Below, piece after piece: positions 22,191-33,209 of a stretch of DNA of 33,209 nt. Source of the DNA: Chiloscyllium plagiosum (taxonomy: Eukaryota); contig NC_057720.1 in NCBI RefSeq assembly GCF_004010195.1, positions 1,676,608 to 1,709,816 on the forward strand, written 5' to 3'. Each line of letters begins with the position of its first letter. The first letter of the stretch is position 1. The position numbers were made by a program, and so were the translations under genes. The notes beneath the pieces are model-generated. The model was not told the origin of the DNA, did no database searches, and was given only the letters and a program-made list of their open reading frames with translations.

Positions 22191-22592
22191 TTAATAATAG
22201 AAATGGGCAAAGACATTAATATATGGAATCAGCCTGGATCTCAATGGTAGAGCAGGCTGGAGGTTAAATGGTTCTTTATTTGATATCCCTCCAATTTAAT
22301 TGCTTTTAAAGTTGTGCAAGTGTGATCAAATAGTGGGTACCTTGTGAATGGATTGTGCTTATCTCCTGTCAGCTGCTTGGCTGTGCACAAGTTCCATTGC
22401 CAACATTGTTCCAATGGGTCATGTGTAAATGAACAATTAGAATTAAAAGCTGCTCATCTTGGTAACACCCTCCAGAAAGTCAGAATTTTACACTTTCTGT
22501 ACCGGACACTATGGCATAGTGTTTTGCTGTTCAGGTGCCAGCTTTCACTGCATATTCAAACACCTTCTCTACCATCTTGAGACTGCTATAAA

Positions 22593-22928
22593 TCCATAGA
22601 ATCCCTACAGTGTGGGGACAGTCCATTCTGTCCACCAAGTCCACACTGACCCTTTCAAAAGGATCCCACCCCAACCAATTTCCTTACCCTTTCCCTGTAA
22701 CACTACATTTCCCATGGTTAGCACATCTAACTTAAGCATCCCTGGATACTATGGGCCATTTACATACACAGTTCACCTAAAGTGCACATCTTTGGGCTGT
22801 GGGAGGAAACTGGAGCAGCTGGTGGGAAATCCACACTGGCATGGAGAGAATGTGTAAATTCCATGCATTTGCTTAAGTGGAATCCAATCCCAAGTCCTTG
22901 ATACTGAGGCAGTAGTACTAACCACTGC
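22593..22928 (-). mobile_element. HE1-type SINE, near full length, decayed
   Basis: CATAGAATCCCTACAGTGTGG tail, GCACATCTTTGGGCTGTGGGAGGAAACTGGAGC central domain and GAGGCAGTAGTACTAACCACTG head. Confidence 0.85.
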
Positions 22929-23253
22929 TAAATGATCCATGTTAATATTTCAGAAGTGAGTGGCTCTCCCAGTGTCTTGTGCTAATGATTATTTTGGCAT
23001 ATCAGCAAAACAGTTTACCTGCTTTTGTTAGTGGGATCCTACTATGCGAAACTTATTTTCTGTATGTCTGTCATGACCATGCTTATGATCTGTCATAATA
23101 CGTTGACACATCCTAAAGGTCATGAAAGGTACTACACAAATGTTCTTTCTCTGTTTAATTTTATCCTGAAGCAATTGAATATTTTTGGGAGAAAACAGAG
23201 TGAGATAAATTGCTGCTCTGTAACCTCCACCCAAAATGATTTTGTTTCACCAG

Positions 23254-23474
23254 GCGTTATGGGACCCGTTGCTCTCGCTGTGGCAGGCACATCCATTCGA
23301 CAGACTGGGTCCGCAGGGCCAAGGGTAATGTCTATCACCTGGCATGCTTTGCCTGTTTCTCCTGCAAGAGGCAGCTGTCCACTGGGGAGGAGTTTGCTTT
23401 GGTGGAAGAGAAGGTCCTCTGTCGGATACACTATGACTGTATGTTGGACAACCTCAAAAGGGCAGCTGAAAATG
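23254..23474 (+). CDS. lhx8: Lhx8 exon: LIM2 ([74 protein letters not shown])
   Basis: CAG acceptor in phase with the previous exon, 221 nt, donor G|GTAACT. Nearly identical to mammalian LHX8 LIM2 as I recall it, with all zinc ligands present. Confidence 0.99.
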
Positions 23475-24029
23475 GTAACTTTTTCTGACAGTGGAGTTGA
23501 GGATATATTGGGTGTTAATAAGTGATGCAGTTGCTGAATCTGGCTGGGAGGTGGCAAATTACCTTCAGTCTCTGCTCATCCTTCCCAAATGATAACTTTG
23601 GCTAAGGTTGGTCATTCTGATTAGTACACTGGCCAATCAGAGAGCAAAGTTCTCATCTATTTGGATGGTGGTTGATTCAGTCAAAATGAATTCTCTTGCC
23701 TCCTTTACGCTGTTTATTCAGCCTTCCTGCCTTTTTTCTTCCAAGTTGCTCACGATACTCCTGTCCATCTTAATTTCTAGAAATTCTAGGGCAATTCTGA
23801 TTTGTGACCCAAATAGTTAAGAGGAATATTGAAAACAATGGTAGTATTTTATAAAATAAAAGGCAGATGTTGAAGATCTGAAATTGCTGGAGAAACATGG
23901 CCAGTCTGGCCATGTCTACAGAAAGAAAGCAGAGTTAATATTTTGTAGTGACTCTTCCAACTTCAGTTGGTGAGCACAGAAGTGATCTGCAAGAGTGGCT
24001 CCAGGGATGAGAAGCTTCAATTGATGATT

Positions 24030-24430
24030 GATCAGAGAAGTTGGGACTCTTCTCCTTGGTGAGAAGAAAGCTGAGAGGACATTTTAAGTTTTCAACATTA
24101 TTAGCTAGCTGGAAAAGGGAATAGGGAGAAGCTGTTTCCATTTGCAAAAGGAATAAGAATGTGACTGAGTAGATTTTAAAGGGATGTGCAAATGAGGCAA
24201 GGGTGATTGGAGCAACTTTCATTGAGTTGTTTAGGAATGAAAGCAATATGCCTCCATTATGTTTGTAGGCAGTTTGATTTAAGACATTAGTTTTAAATGG
24301 TAATGCCCAGGGCCTAAGGGGTAGAAATAGGAAAGTAAGGGGGCTTGTCTGAGGAAGGGAAGATCTAGCATGGGATAATACAGCGAGGTTAGACAAAGCT
24401 AGTGACAATCATGATGGGGCCAAATGTTAT
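24030..24430 (+). mobile_element. Decayed CR1-like LINE 3' end
   Basis: AGAAGTTGGGACTCTTCTCCTTGG...AGCTGAGAGGA...GATGGGGCCAAATG. Confidence 0.6.
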
Positions 24431-24779
24431 AAGGATTGTTGTGACAAATAGTTATCCCTTTAATGCCAAAATACTGTGGACCTGATTGCATTAATGTACT
24501 GGAGGCTGGTGTATTTCCTTCTTGACAAAAGTGACTACACTTCAAAACACAGTCCTTGCCTGCAAATTACTTTTGGGTAGCTGAAGTTATGCAAATGCAA
24601 TCCTCTTGTAAATTTGGGATGTCGGTGCTACTAGCAATGACAATCATTGTCCTTGAAAGTGAGTGAATACTCTCCTGAACTGCAGTCTATGGTGAGTGAT
24701 TGTGGATAATCCAGAACTTGGATCCAATAGTTAACTTTGGAAAGTCAACTAGATTCTGGACATGTTCCATCAGATTGGA

Positions 24780-26100
24780 AGCTATTAAATACAACTAGTA
24801 GAATGGTTGAAGGAAAACCAGCAGGATTAGTTAGTGTGATCGTCTTCATGGAGAAGATCGTAGTATCTTTGAGGATTCAAGGAGAAACTGAAGGTAATTG
24901 GAAAGAGTCAGCATAATTGTGCAGGGGAGCTAATATTCCCCAGTTTATGGGGTTCTTTGAAGGAGTAATGTGATGGAGATAAAGGGAAGTCATGAATGTT
25001 GGATTTCCAGAAGCTATTTAATAAGGTGTCACAAGATTGTGCCAAGTAGGGAGCTGATATGTAGTGGATAGCATCTGGTTTGGTAGATCTCTCTGGCAGA
25101 GAACGCAGGTCTTTTGGCAACTTGGGGTGGATTATTACAGGGGCTTTAACCTTTCCCAAGGTGTATCAGTTACTTGGATGATGGGAGCTAAGGCATCATA
25201 GCTAAATTGGGTGGGGGCAAATGATTGCACACTGATTTGGGAAAATGTGAAATTATTCATTACGTAGAATAAATTTTAAAATTGTTTAACTGGAGAATAA
25301 GCAGATTTTAAAGTCGAGGCTTGCTGGTGTCACTCAATTGATTTTTAAAAATTCCCTCATTGGCACTGATGACTGTTCCTTGTCTGAGAAGGTGGGGGTG
25401 AGCTGCCTTCCTGAACTGCTGCAGTCCATGTACTGTAAGTTGACCGACCATGCCATGAGGGAAGGAATTCCAGGATTTTGACCCAGCAACAGTGAAGGAG
25501 CAGGGATATCAGATCTTTGAATTTCTGGAGTGCATCTTGTAGATAGCAGCAGGTACAGCTGAGTGGATGTTTATGGATGTGGTGTCAATCAAGTGGGTTG
25601 CTTTGGTCCAGGATAGTATCAAGCTGCTTATGGTGTTGGAGCTACACCCATCTAGGTAAGTGGAGTATTCATTACAACTTTATGCCAGTAAAGTAAATAA
25701 TTAAGGCTAACTAAGTGACATTTTTTATTTTCAGAATTGAACATGATTGAAGTACAGCTTTGCTCTGTACAAAATGTTGGGATTGTATCTGGAATATTGT
25801 GTATGCTTTAGTCTCCTCCTTCCTATTGAAGGATGGATGTACATGTGGCTCGAGGTTTACTAGACTTTGATACCTTGAATGAGCAGCAATCCTAAGGAAA
25901 AGTTGGAAAAGCTGGACTTTTCCACTGGTATTTAGAATGAGGAATGACTTGATGTGAAATGAACCAAGTCTACTTGGTCAATTTCAGGATGTAGAAAGAG
26001 AGGATTGTTACTTTGAACACTGCCTCATGGTGGGATCCTGGGATATTCAGATTGAGGCAGATTGATTTCCTTATCCAACAAGGAAGCTAGGTTCTGGATA
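24780..26100 (+). mobile_element. Decayed CR1-like LINE RT region, interrupted by a reverse-strand L2-like fragment (~25345-25670)
   Basis: TTGGATTTCCAGAAGCTATTTAATAAGGTG (LDFQKxFxKV), GGAAAATGTGAAATTATTCA, CTGGAATATTGTGTA. The insert matches the reverse complement of 4170-4290. Confidence 0.6.
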
Positions 26101-26400
26101 TGGGGCTTTTGTGATGCAGTGGTAGTGTATGTACCTCAGGTAGGAGGCTAGGTTCAAGACCTAGCGGCTCCAGTGTCAACGCCCCCCCATTCAGATGATG
26201 CTAGGTTATAGTCCAACAGATTTATTTGAAGTCTCAAGTTTTTAGTGTTACCCTTCAAGTAACTTAAACAGACAAAGGGGCAAGGTTTTGAAAGTTTGTG
26301 ATTTCAAATAAACCTGTTTGGACTACAATCTGGTGTCATCTGACTTGTGACCTTGTCCACTCCTGTCCAACACTGGCATCTCCATGGTCAAAACATGTCT
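26100..26400 (+). mobile_element. tRNA-like SINE head with a nested decayed palindromic Penelope-type element (~26200-26383)
   Basis: TGCAGTGGTAGTG...GGTTCAAGACC head. AGGTTATAGTCCAACAGATTTATTTGAA and TTCAAATAAACCTGTTTGGACTACAATCT inverted arms are like those of 11102-11283. Confidence 0.55.
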
Positions 26401-26880
26401 GAAGCTCTGGGTAGATGGGAATGCGGACTTCAAAATGCATAACTTAGCATCTGCGGTCTTGTTGAATGAGTGGCAGACAAGTTCAAGGGGTCTAATGGTT
26501 TACTGCTTAAATCACTTTCATATGGAAGGGGCATTGTGCCAACCTTATGTTGGAAACTTTGGAAATTAGTGACCATCCTTTGCCTTGATTGTTCAGGGTC
26601 ATGATTTCAAGGTAGTATTAAAGCCTTGGGAAGTTGCAGTGTTCTTTCTAAATCCTGCAACCACCAGTGTTCCATTGCTGAATGGATGCAAATCAACTGG
26701 GTGACTTTGTCCTGGATAGTTTCTCAGCTGGTGGAACTGCAGGAAAATGTATGCTATTCCTCAAATAGTGGACAGACTACAGAATCAAAGTTGAATGTTC
26801 ACTGCAGAATACATTGCCTCTGATGTAAGCTTGTAACTGCAGCATGTCCGTGGCTGATCTAATAAAGTTGGCTAACATTA

Positions 26881-27049
26881 GAGAGAGAGAGAGAGAGTGT
26901 GTGTGTTGCCGAGGAAGCATCCAAGGAGCAAACGCATCAACATTTCGGGCATGAGCCTTACATCAGGAAAATTCCCGAAACGTTGATTCTCCTGCTCATC
27001 GAATGCTACCTGACCTGCTGTGCTTTCCCAGCAACACACTCTCTCAACC
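26881..27049. mobile_element. Short palindromic Penelope-derived element with decayed hammerhead halves
   Basis: CATTTCGGGCATGAGCCTTACATCAGGAA faces CCCGAAACGTTGATTCTCCTGCTC. Flanked by AACATTA at 26874-26880 and 27050-27056. Confidence 0.7.
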
Positions 27050-29139
27050 AACATTAAGCCCAAGAATGTTGATGTAATTAATTTCCCACTTACTGAGTCT
27101 TGTATGAAAAATAGCTTCTAAACACCAGCTGTTATAACAGTGATTTCTAAAACTCTTCAGGTACTAGTTGAGAAAATATGGACTGTTAATCTTGTATCAT
27201 GTGTTCTAGCTATAATGTTTTCCAGTTGTCACCACGTTGGTCTAAATATTAATGGAACCTTTACAAGGTTCTTCACAATCCTTGATTAGTCTTCATATGG
27301 CTAGTGTTAATCTTCAGTTTGAAGGGTGAGAATTTTTCCCTTTCTCTCTTCCATACACGTGTTAATTGCAACCTGCTTTAAGATATGCCTCACTGGGAAT
27401 ATCTTGCTATTTCCGGAACCCTGCTATTTCTGGAGTCATAACACCAGTTGAAGATTTTGGGATGTACGCAGAATTCATAAATTTCTCTGTTGTTTAGTCC
27501 CAGGCTGACAAAGCATGAAATTTGTTTTCTGAAGTAAACAATTACTGCAAATAGATTCTAGATCTAGAAACATTCTGAACTACCAACTTTACAGATTAAA
27601 ACTTTAACCTTCTCAAATTATCCCTGGGAAGTAAAAGCATGGGTGTTATGGATAAAGATAAAGACCAGGAAAGCAATTCATTGGTCTCATTCACAGGATT
27701 GGCTGAGGTGATTCTTGTGTTTTCTCAATTTTCCTCTGAATACTTCCACTGACTTTGTAGGCGGTGCAGGGTAGCTGGTTCATCCTTGTAAATGTCTCCA
27801 GCTCATTCACTAAAAGTCAGTTTGGAGCAACTGTTGAAAGGAAAAGTAAACTGATTTTCTTGCTTAAGTGGCTTTTGTGTAGAGAACAAGACAACTCCTG
27901 AGGCTATCAAGATCGAATGGCTTCTCTGCCACCGCTCCAAGCTGTTGAGCTACCTGGGAGCTAATCAGTTGTTGCTAGGTGGAAGGCCTTTGTCATTGAC
28001 CACTGGTCATGAGCCAACAGACCAATCAGTTCTTTGTTGCTGACTGAATTTCCATTTATAATGCCCTTGGCTCAGACTTGCCTGCTAGCTTTCTCTGCTT
28101 GTTCTTGAGCCAGCTGTTGTGTCCCCACATTTGCAGTGGGGAGTATCTTGTTACTTGCTTTCAAAAGGCTGTGATCTCTTGATCTTTTTTTCCATTTGTC
28201 CAAAACCTAAATACTGAAAAATCAGTCATGAAGTGAATGTTGGGGCAGAGAGAGAATGTAGAGTAGCTCTCAGCCACTTAAGAATATTTGTAGAAAAGTA
28301 GTGCTTGTATAAATGGATCCAGTTGTGATGAAAGTTGAGGTTTATCGCTTTCATATGAATTTTAAACTAGTGTCATGATCCCATGTGATATTAATGGGCA
28401 CTTCAGTTGTCAGCCTTAAATCTCAATTGTAGATCACTTTATTAGTTTTAAAGAAGTCATCTTTCACTGAAGCATAAATATGCAGTGTTACTGACTTGGT
28501 TTGGCAATAAAAAATCTGTGCATTTTTTTTGCATAATCTTAAAGATTTGGAAGTGCCTAGTAAAATACAAGCCCTACAATCCTGTCCGTTCCAAAAGCTC
28601 TCCTTTACAACACTCCATGAATCTCTCTCTCCTACACTTGTAGGGCTTAATTAACCTGGTTTAAGTTCCCAATTTTTATTTAATAGTTCCTTCCTGGACC
28701 CTTTTACAATTAAAGTATAGACTTTCTCAGCAAATTATTCCACAATTGTAACACAAAATCTCTCATCCAGAACTTTTTAAACTGTTTACGCAATCACTAT
28801 AAATACTAGCTCTTTGTCAGGAACAACTTTTATATATCCAGCTTCAACCAAGACATTTTGGTAAAACTGCCAAACTGACCCTCAAAAAAGCAGCTTCCTG
28901 AGCTATGGGATTTTCCCCTTTTTTTGAAAGTCAAACTAGCCTTCTAAACTGAGAACTTAATGCACTGCTTACTCTACTCACTCTTAAAATGTTCTGAAAT
29001 CAAATCGTCACTATACACCAAGAATCAACCTTGCAAAAGTGCTTAACTTGGACTAAAAGCCACATACCACTTACTTAAACCAAAACTCTTGGATGTTAAT
29101 GTCAAATGCTTTAAATTGCAAGTTGCAGATGTTGGTTGC

Positions 29140-29700
29140 TATTGATGAGCAGGCATATGGTGTTAGTTTTTAGCTTGATGGAGAGATTGAGTTTCAGAGA
29201 CATGAGGTTATGTTGCAGCTGTACAAAACTCTGGTGTAGCCGCACTTGAAGTATTGCATACAGTTCTGGTTGCTGCATTATAGGAAGGATGTGGAAGCTT
29301 TGGAAAGGGTGTGGAGGAAATTTACTAGGATGTTGCCTGGTATGGTGTTGAGGAAAGGCTGAGGGACTTGAAGCTGTTTTTGTTAGGGGTGAAGGTTGAG
29401 ATGACTTTAGAGACTTATAATCTAATCAGCGGGTTAGATAGGGTGGACAGTGAGCCTTTTTTCTTGAATGTTGATGACTAGCATGAGGGGTGACAGATAT
29501 AGGACAGATGTCAGAGGTAGTTTCTTTACTGAGTAGTAGGGGGTGTGGAACGCCTTGCCTACTTCCAAATTTAAGGGCATTGAAATGGTCATTGGATAAA
29601 CCTATAGATGAGAATAGAATAGTGTAGGTTAGATGGGCTTCAGATTGGTTTCACAGGTCAATGCAACATCAAGGGCCTGTACTACACTGTAATGCTCTGT
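29140..29700 (+). mobile_element. CR1-like LINE 3' fragment
   Basis: Encodes VMLQLYKTLV*PHLKYCIQFW and RKDVEALERV, with a GGGCCTGTACTACACTGTAATG tail. Confidence 0.9.
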
Positions 29701-31044
29701 TTTATTGTGCAGAACAATGGTTTAGAGGTCAAACATGTGACTAATCTTGTGATGAAAGATTTGATGCTGTGGCTTTTATGACTGGGACCGAACATTGAAA
29801 AGCATTAGATTGCCTTTGGTTTAGAGTAATGAAGGATTGGATTTTGTTTTAGCTCAAATTCAATGTAAAACTTAAGGCAACTTTGGAAGAGATCTGACCA
29901 GGGTCGGAAGCGAATATCTGTTCTCTCGTAGAGAAGTGTAGGACAGTTGAGGAAAGTTCATTTAAAAGTTTAGTTTGTGAAACTTCCATAAGTGTTACCT
30001 AATCTGTTTCTAAATATGTTAAGCTTTCAGTTTTGACTATTCATAAGACTTTATTGTTTACAGGACAATGGATAAGCAGTTAGATCAAATTTGAATAATT
30101 TCTCTGGATTTACTGAAGTGATTGCTTTGGGAAATGAGGTTTCATACTGTTCTAATATTTAGTTTGTTTTTCCTTTTTGTAATAACTGGTTGTTAAAAGA
30201 AATTAAGCTTCACGTGCCTGTGAATAACCAAGTTAAATATTTTATGATCCATCAAATCATAATCCATTCTGACTCAAACAAGTCTGATGTAATTGGGTCA
30301 TAATGAGACTGGGGAAAGCACAATGGGAAGATGTTTGTCTTGGATGTTTTCTAATAGTTCCATATTTTGTGAATCTTTAGTCAGAATGTATTGAGCTTCT
30401 GAAGCTGTAACTGAGGAGTTAATTGCTTATTTTCCCTCTTTTAAAAGAGTAGAATGTTTCCTCGATGAGAAGTTTGTTAAAGTTTGAATGAGATGAGGAA
30501 GCAGAAATCTGGTAAATAGAATGAGAAGGCATTCACTTTAGCTTCAAGATTCAAATGTTTTAGTTCGACTGACTGCAGAGTTCAAAGGGATTTAAGTGTT
30601 TTAGTGTGAGTAGTCAGTGCTGGTATAGCATGTAATCAGACCGTTGGGATGTTACCTTTTGTAAGAGGAATGAACATAATGTTAATGTCTTAGATATATA
30701 GGGCATCAGTAAGGCTAAATCTCTCTAGTTTGGTCATCTTTAAGGATGTGTGTATATATACACTGGTTGAAGTTTTAGTAGATATATGTAATGAGCAGGA
30801 GGTAAGGTGGTGAAGATGGGATTTTAGTGGGATGATTTGACAAAAGGGTATATGATTCTAAATCTCCTTGGGCAAGGTGGAAAGTTTTTATTGTGCTTGA
30901 GTCTGGATCTCTGTGCCACCCTTCCAGGATACAGGAGATTAGGGAATGAAGGGCTTTGGAATTCTCCGCATGCAGAGGTGGAGGCAGGTTCAGTGTTAAG
31001 TTTAGATGCTAGAATCAAAGCTGTTGGGCTAGGCCATCTTAGCA

Positions 31045-31169
31045 GGCAAAAGTGAGGACTGCAGATGCTAAGTTCTATTCCTGATGAAGGGCTTTTGCCC
31101 AAAACATAGATTTTCCTGCTCCTTGAATGCTGCCAGACCTGTGCTTTTCCAGCACCACTCTGATCTCGA
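31045..31169 (+). mobile_element. Short Penelope-derived insertion with 11-bp target-site duplication, inside a decayed CR1 3' end (~30450-31240)
   Basis: CCATCTTAGCA at 31034-31044 and CCATTTTAGCA at 31170-31180. Hammerhead CTGATGA-A-GGGCTTTTGCCC at 31081-31100, followed by AAAACAT instead of GAAACGT. Confidence 0.8.
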
Positions 31170-32211
31170 CCATTTTAGCAATCTAACCAGCTACAATCTT
31201 GTGGTGGAGCTGACTGAAGGGCCAAATAGTCTACCTCCGCTTCAAACTTGCATAGTTTTCATGTTTAAAGTGAAGGTTTAACAAGTATTTGATTCTGTTC
31301 AAAATTTTCATTTGCTGATATTTATCAGGATAATACAAAAGCAATTGTTCTTTCTTGGGTTCATGATGCTGCCAACAGAGTTTTTTTTCCTTTGGACTAA
31401 AGGTGAAGTAAAAGAAGTTGGTTCTCATTAGTTAGTGTGTGCAGAGGCAAATCGTGAATATTAAATTCCCATGGCGTATCTATGAAATCTGTCAACTTAG
31501 ATGGAAATTCAATAACTTCTGGAGAGTTAACTTAGGTTTTCATAGCACAAAATTTATCTTATTGCGATTTAATAAACTTCATTCTCCTCCAGATAAATGA
31601 AGGTACACCATAGAGCTTTGTAATATGAATGCAAGCATGATTGAAAGTCTTTAACAGACCATTTTTAGTAATTAGTTTACGATCAAATTACAGTGAGACT
31701 TCCTTTCCTGCAGCAATGTGGATGCAATGTTATACCAACATTAAAGGATTTGGTGTAGCAGACACTGAGCAGAGGTAGAGGGAATTTTGGAGAATGAGCG
31801 GTTACATCATCACAGTATGGCCTTCTACAGGCTGAAACATAGCAATATATTTTTGATTTTGGGTTTGAAAGAGCTGGAGGCTTGCTCCCACAGAGTGGAG
31901 ACTAAGCAGCGTGGGTCTTTGACAGTACAGGAGCCTGGAAGTTACCACACACGACTTTCTCCCTGTAGCTGGCAGAAATTTTGCTTGGGGCCACATACTG
32001 ATAAAGCTGTCTGTGCTGAACTAAATCAAGAAGAAAGACGGGTAAACTGGGAGAGTGTGATGCCATTGTGTAATTGCTGTGAATAATTCACTTGAAGGAG
32101 ACTTGTGGCTCAGATTATTTGATCTGGAATAGTTGTGTGTGGAGAGGGAGGTGGATCTCTTGTATTGACTATTTTTCACATGCACTCTTGATTGCAACTA
32201 TATTCTTATAG

Positions 32212-32315
32212 GGAACGGAGTGACCATGGAAGGAGCACTACCAACCGAGCAGGATGTCATTCAACCCAAACCAACAAAACGAGCACGGACCAGCTTCACA
32301 GCTGATCAGCTCCAG
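32212..32315 (+). CDS. lhx8: Lhx8 exon: linker and homeodomain N-terminal arm ([35 protein letters not shown])
   Basis: TAG acceptor in phase 1 matching the previous donor, 104 nt, donor [22 protein letters not shown] matches Lhx8. Confidence 0.98.
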
Positions 32316-32678
32316 GTAATGAACGTTCCACTTCAAGTATTGATCCTGGCCCTACCTCTGATTATTTTATTGAATGAATTTTTTTATTTGTTTCTTGCAA
32401 CACAAGAGGCCTCAAGAGTAGACCAGTTACTTTAGTTTGAAGGTTTGAGTTATACTCTTTCAAATCCTGGATGCCAATTGTCAGCATCAGAATTTGTTTG
32501 GATCTGGTCACTAGTTTGGCAAGGGTTGTTAGAATTCTGGGTCAATGGTTTTGTTTGTTTACTGAGTCAAGGGAAACTGTCCAGTTGTCATGTTTCAGGA
32601 GTTGATCACTAGTTCAAGGCATTGTGCAAGTTTGAGAAGATGATCTGTCTTTCAGTCTAGTTGAATGGACAATTTCTG

Positions 32679-33000
32679 AGAATAGACAATAGGTGCAGGA
32701 GTATGCCATTCAGCCCTTTGAGCCTGACCGCCATTCTATATGATCATGGCTGATCATCCTTAATCAGTATCCTCTTCCTGCCTTCTCTCCATAACCCTTG
32801 ATTCCACAATCCTTGAGAGCTCTATCCAACTCTTTCTTAAATGAATCCAGAGACTGGGCCTCCACTGCCCTCTGGGGTAGAGCATTCCACACAGCCACCA
32901 CTCTCTGGGTGAAGAAGTTTCTCCTCATCTCTATCCTCAATGGTCTACCCCGTATTTTTAAGCTGTGTCCTCTGGTTCGGCACTCGCCCATCAGCGGAAA
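32679..33000 (-). mobile_element. Well-preserved CR1-like LINE 3' end
   Basis: ORF 32764-32991(-) has [40 protein letters not shown]. Confidence 0.93.
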
Positions 33001-33209
33001 TATGTTACAAGTGGAGTTCCGCAGGGATCAGTTCTGGGTCCTCTGCTGTTTGTAATTTTTATTAATGACTTGGAAGAGGGAGTCGAAGGCTGGGTCAGTA
33101 AATTTGCAGATGATACGAAGATTGGTGGAGTTGTGGATAGTGAGGAGGGCTGTTGTCGGCTGCAAAGAGACTTAGATATGATGCAGAGCTGGGCTGAAGA
33201 GTGGCAGAT
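33001..33209 (+). mobile_element. CR1-like LINE RT fragment (runs off the right edge)
   Basis: Encodes [39 protein letters not shown]; very similar to 3423-3575. Confidence 0.93.

Noticed and set aside
23025..23557. ORFs of 166 aa (+) and 141 aa (-)
   Set aside because: They are shadow frames of the real LIM2 exon, which lies in another frame.
15828..32315. Assignment as Lhx6
   Set aside because: [36 protein letters not shown] and FTADQLQ match Lhx8. Lhx6 has RFGTKCARC and SLRQQNSC.
32316..32435. Extension of the homeodomain exon (VMNVPLQ...)
   Set aside because: GTAATG is the splice donor. It happens to translate as VM like the expected next exon, but similarity stops at once.

Overview
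Eukaryotic genomic DNA, most likely from a shark or other cartilaginous fish (inferred from HE1-type SINEs, CR1/HER1-type LINEs and shark-type minisatellites). The one host gene is the LIM-homeobox gene Lhx8 on the + strand. Six coding exons are readable: 15828-15908, ~17362/17394-17475, 17581-17733, 20520-20641, 23254-23474 and 32212-32315. They encode the MYWK N-terminus, both LIM domains and the start of the homeodomain, and the gene continues beyond the window. The ORF track misses most of these exons. A broad CpG-retaining, repeat-poor domain (~10-20 kb) surrounds the 5' end and holds candidate enhancers and a possible second promoter. The rest is a mosaic of CR1-like, L2-like and Rex1-like LINE fragments, SINEs, two related minisatellites, long poly-C tracts and one 553-N gap. 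The most notable unannotated signal is a set of short Penelope-like-element derivatives carrying hammerhead ribozyme cores (two intact, several decayed), several with clear 11-15 bp target-site duplications. Hammerheads in Penelope-like elements are a known phenomenon, so I do not claim a new system. All family assignments are by eye and from memory; no database search was run.
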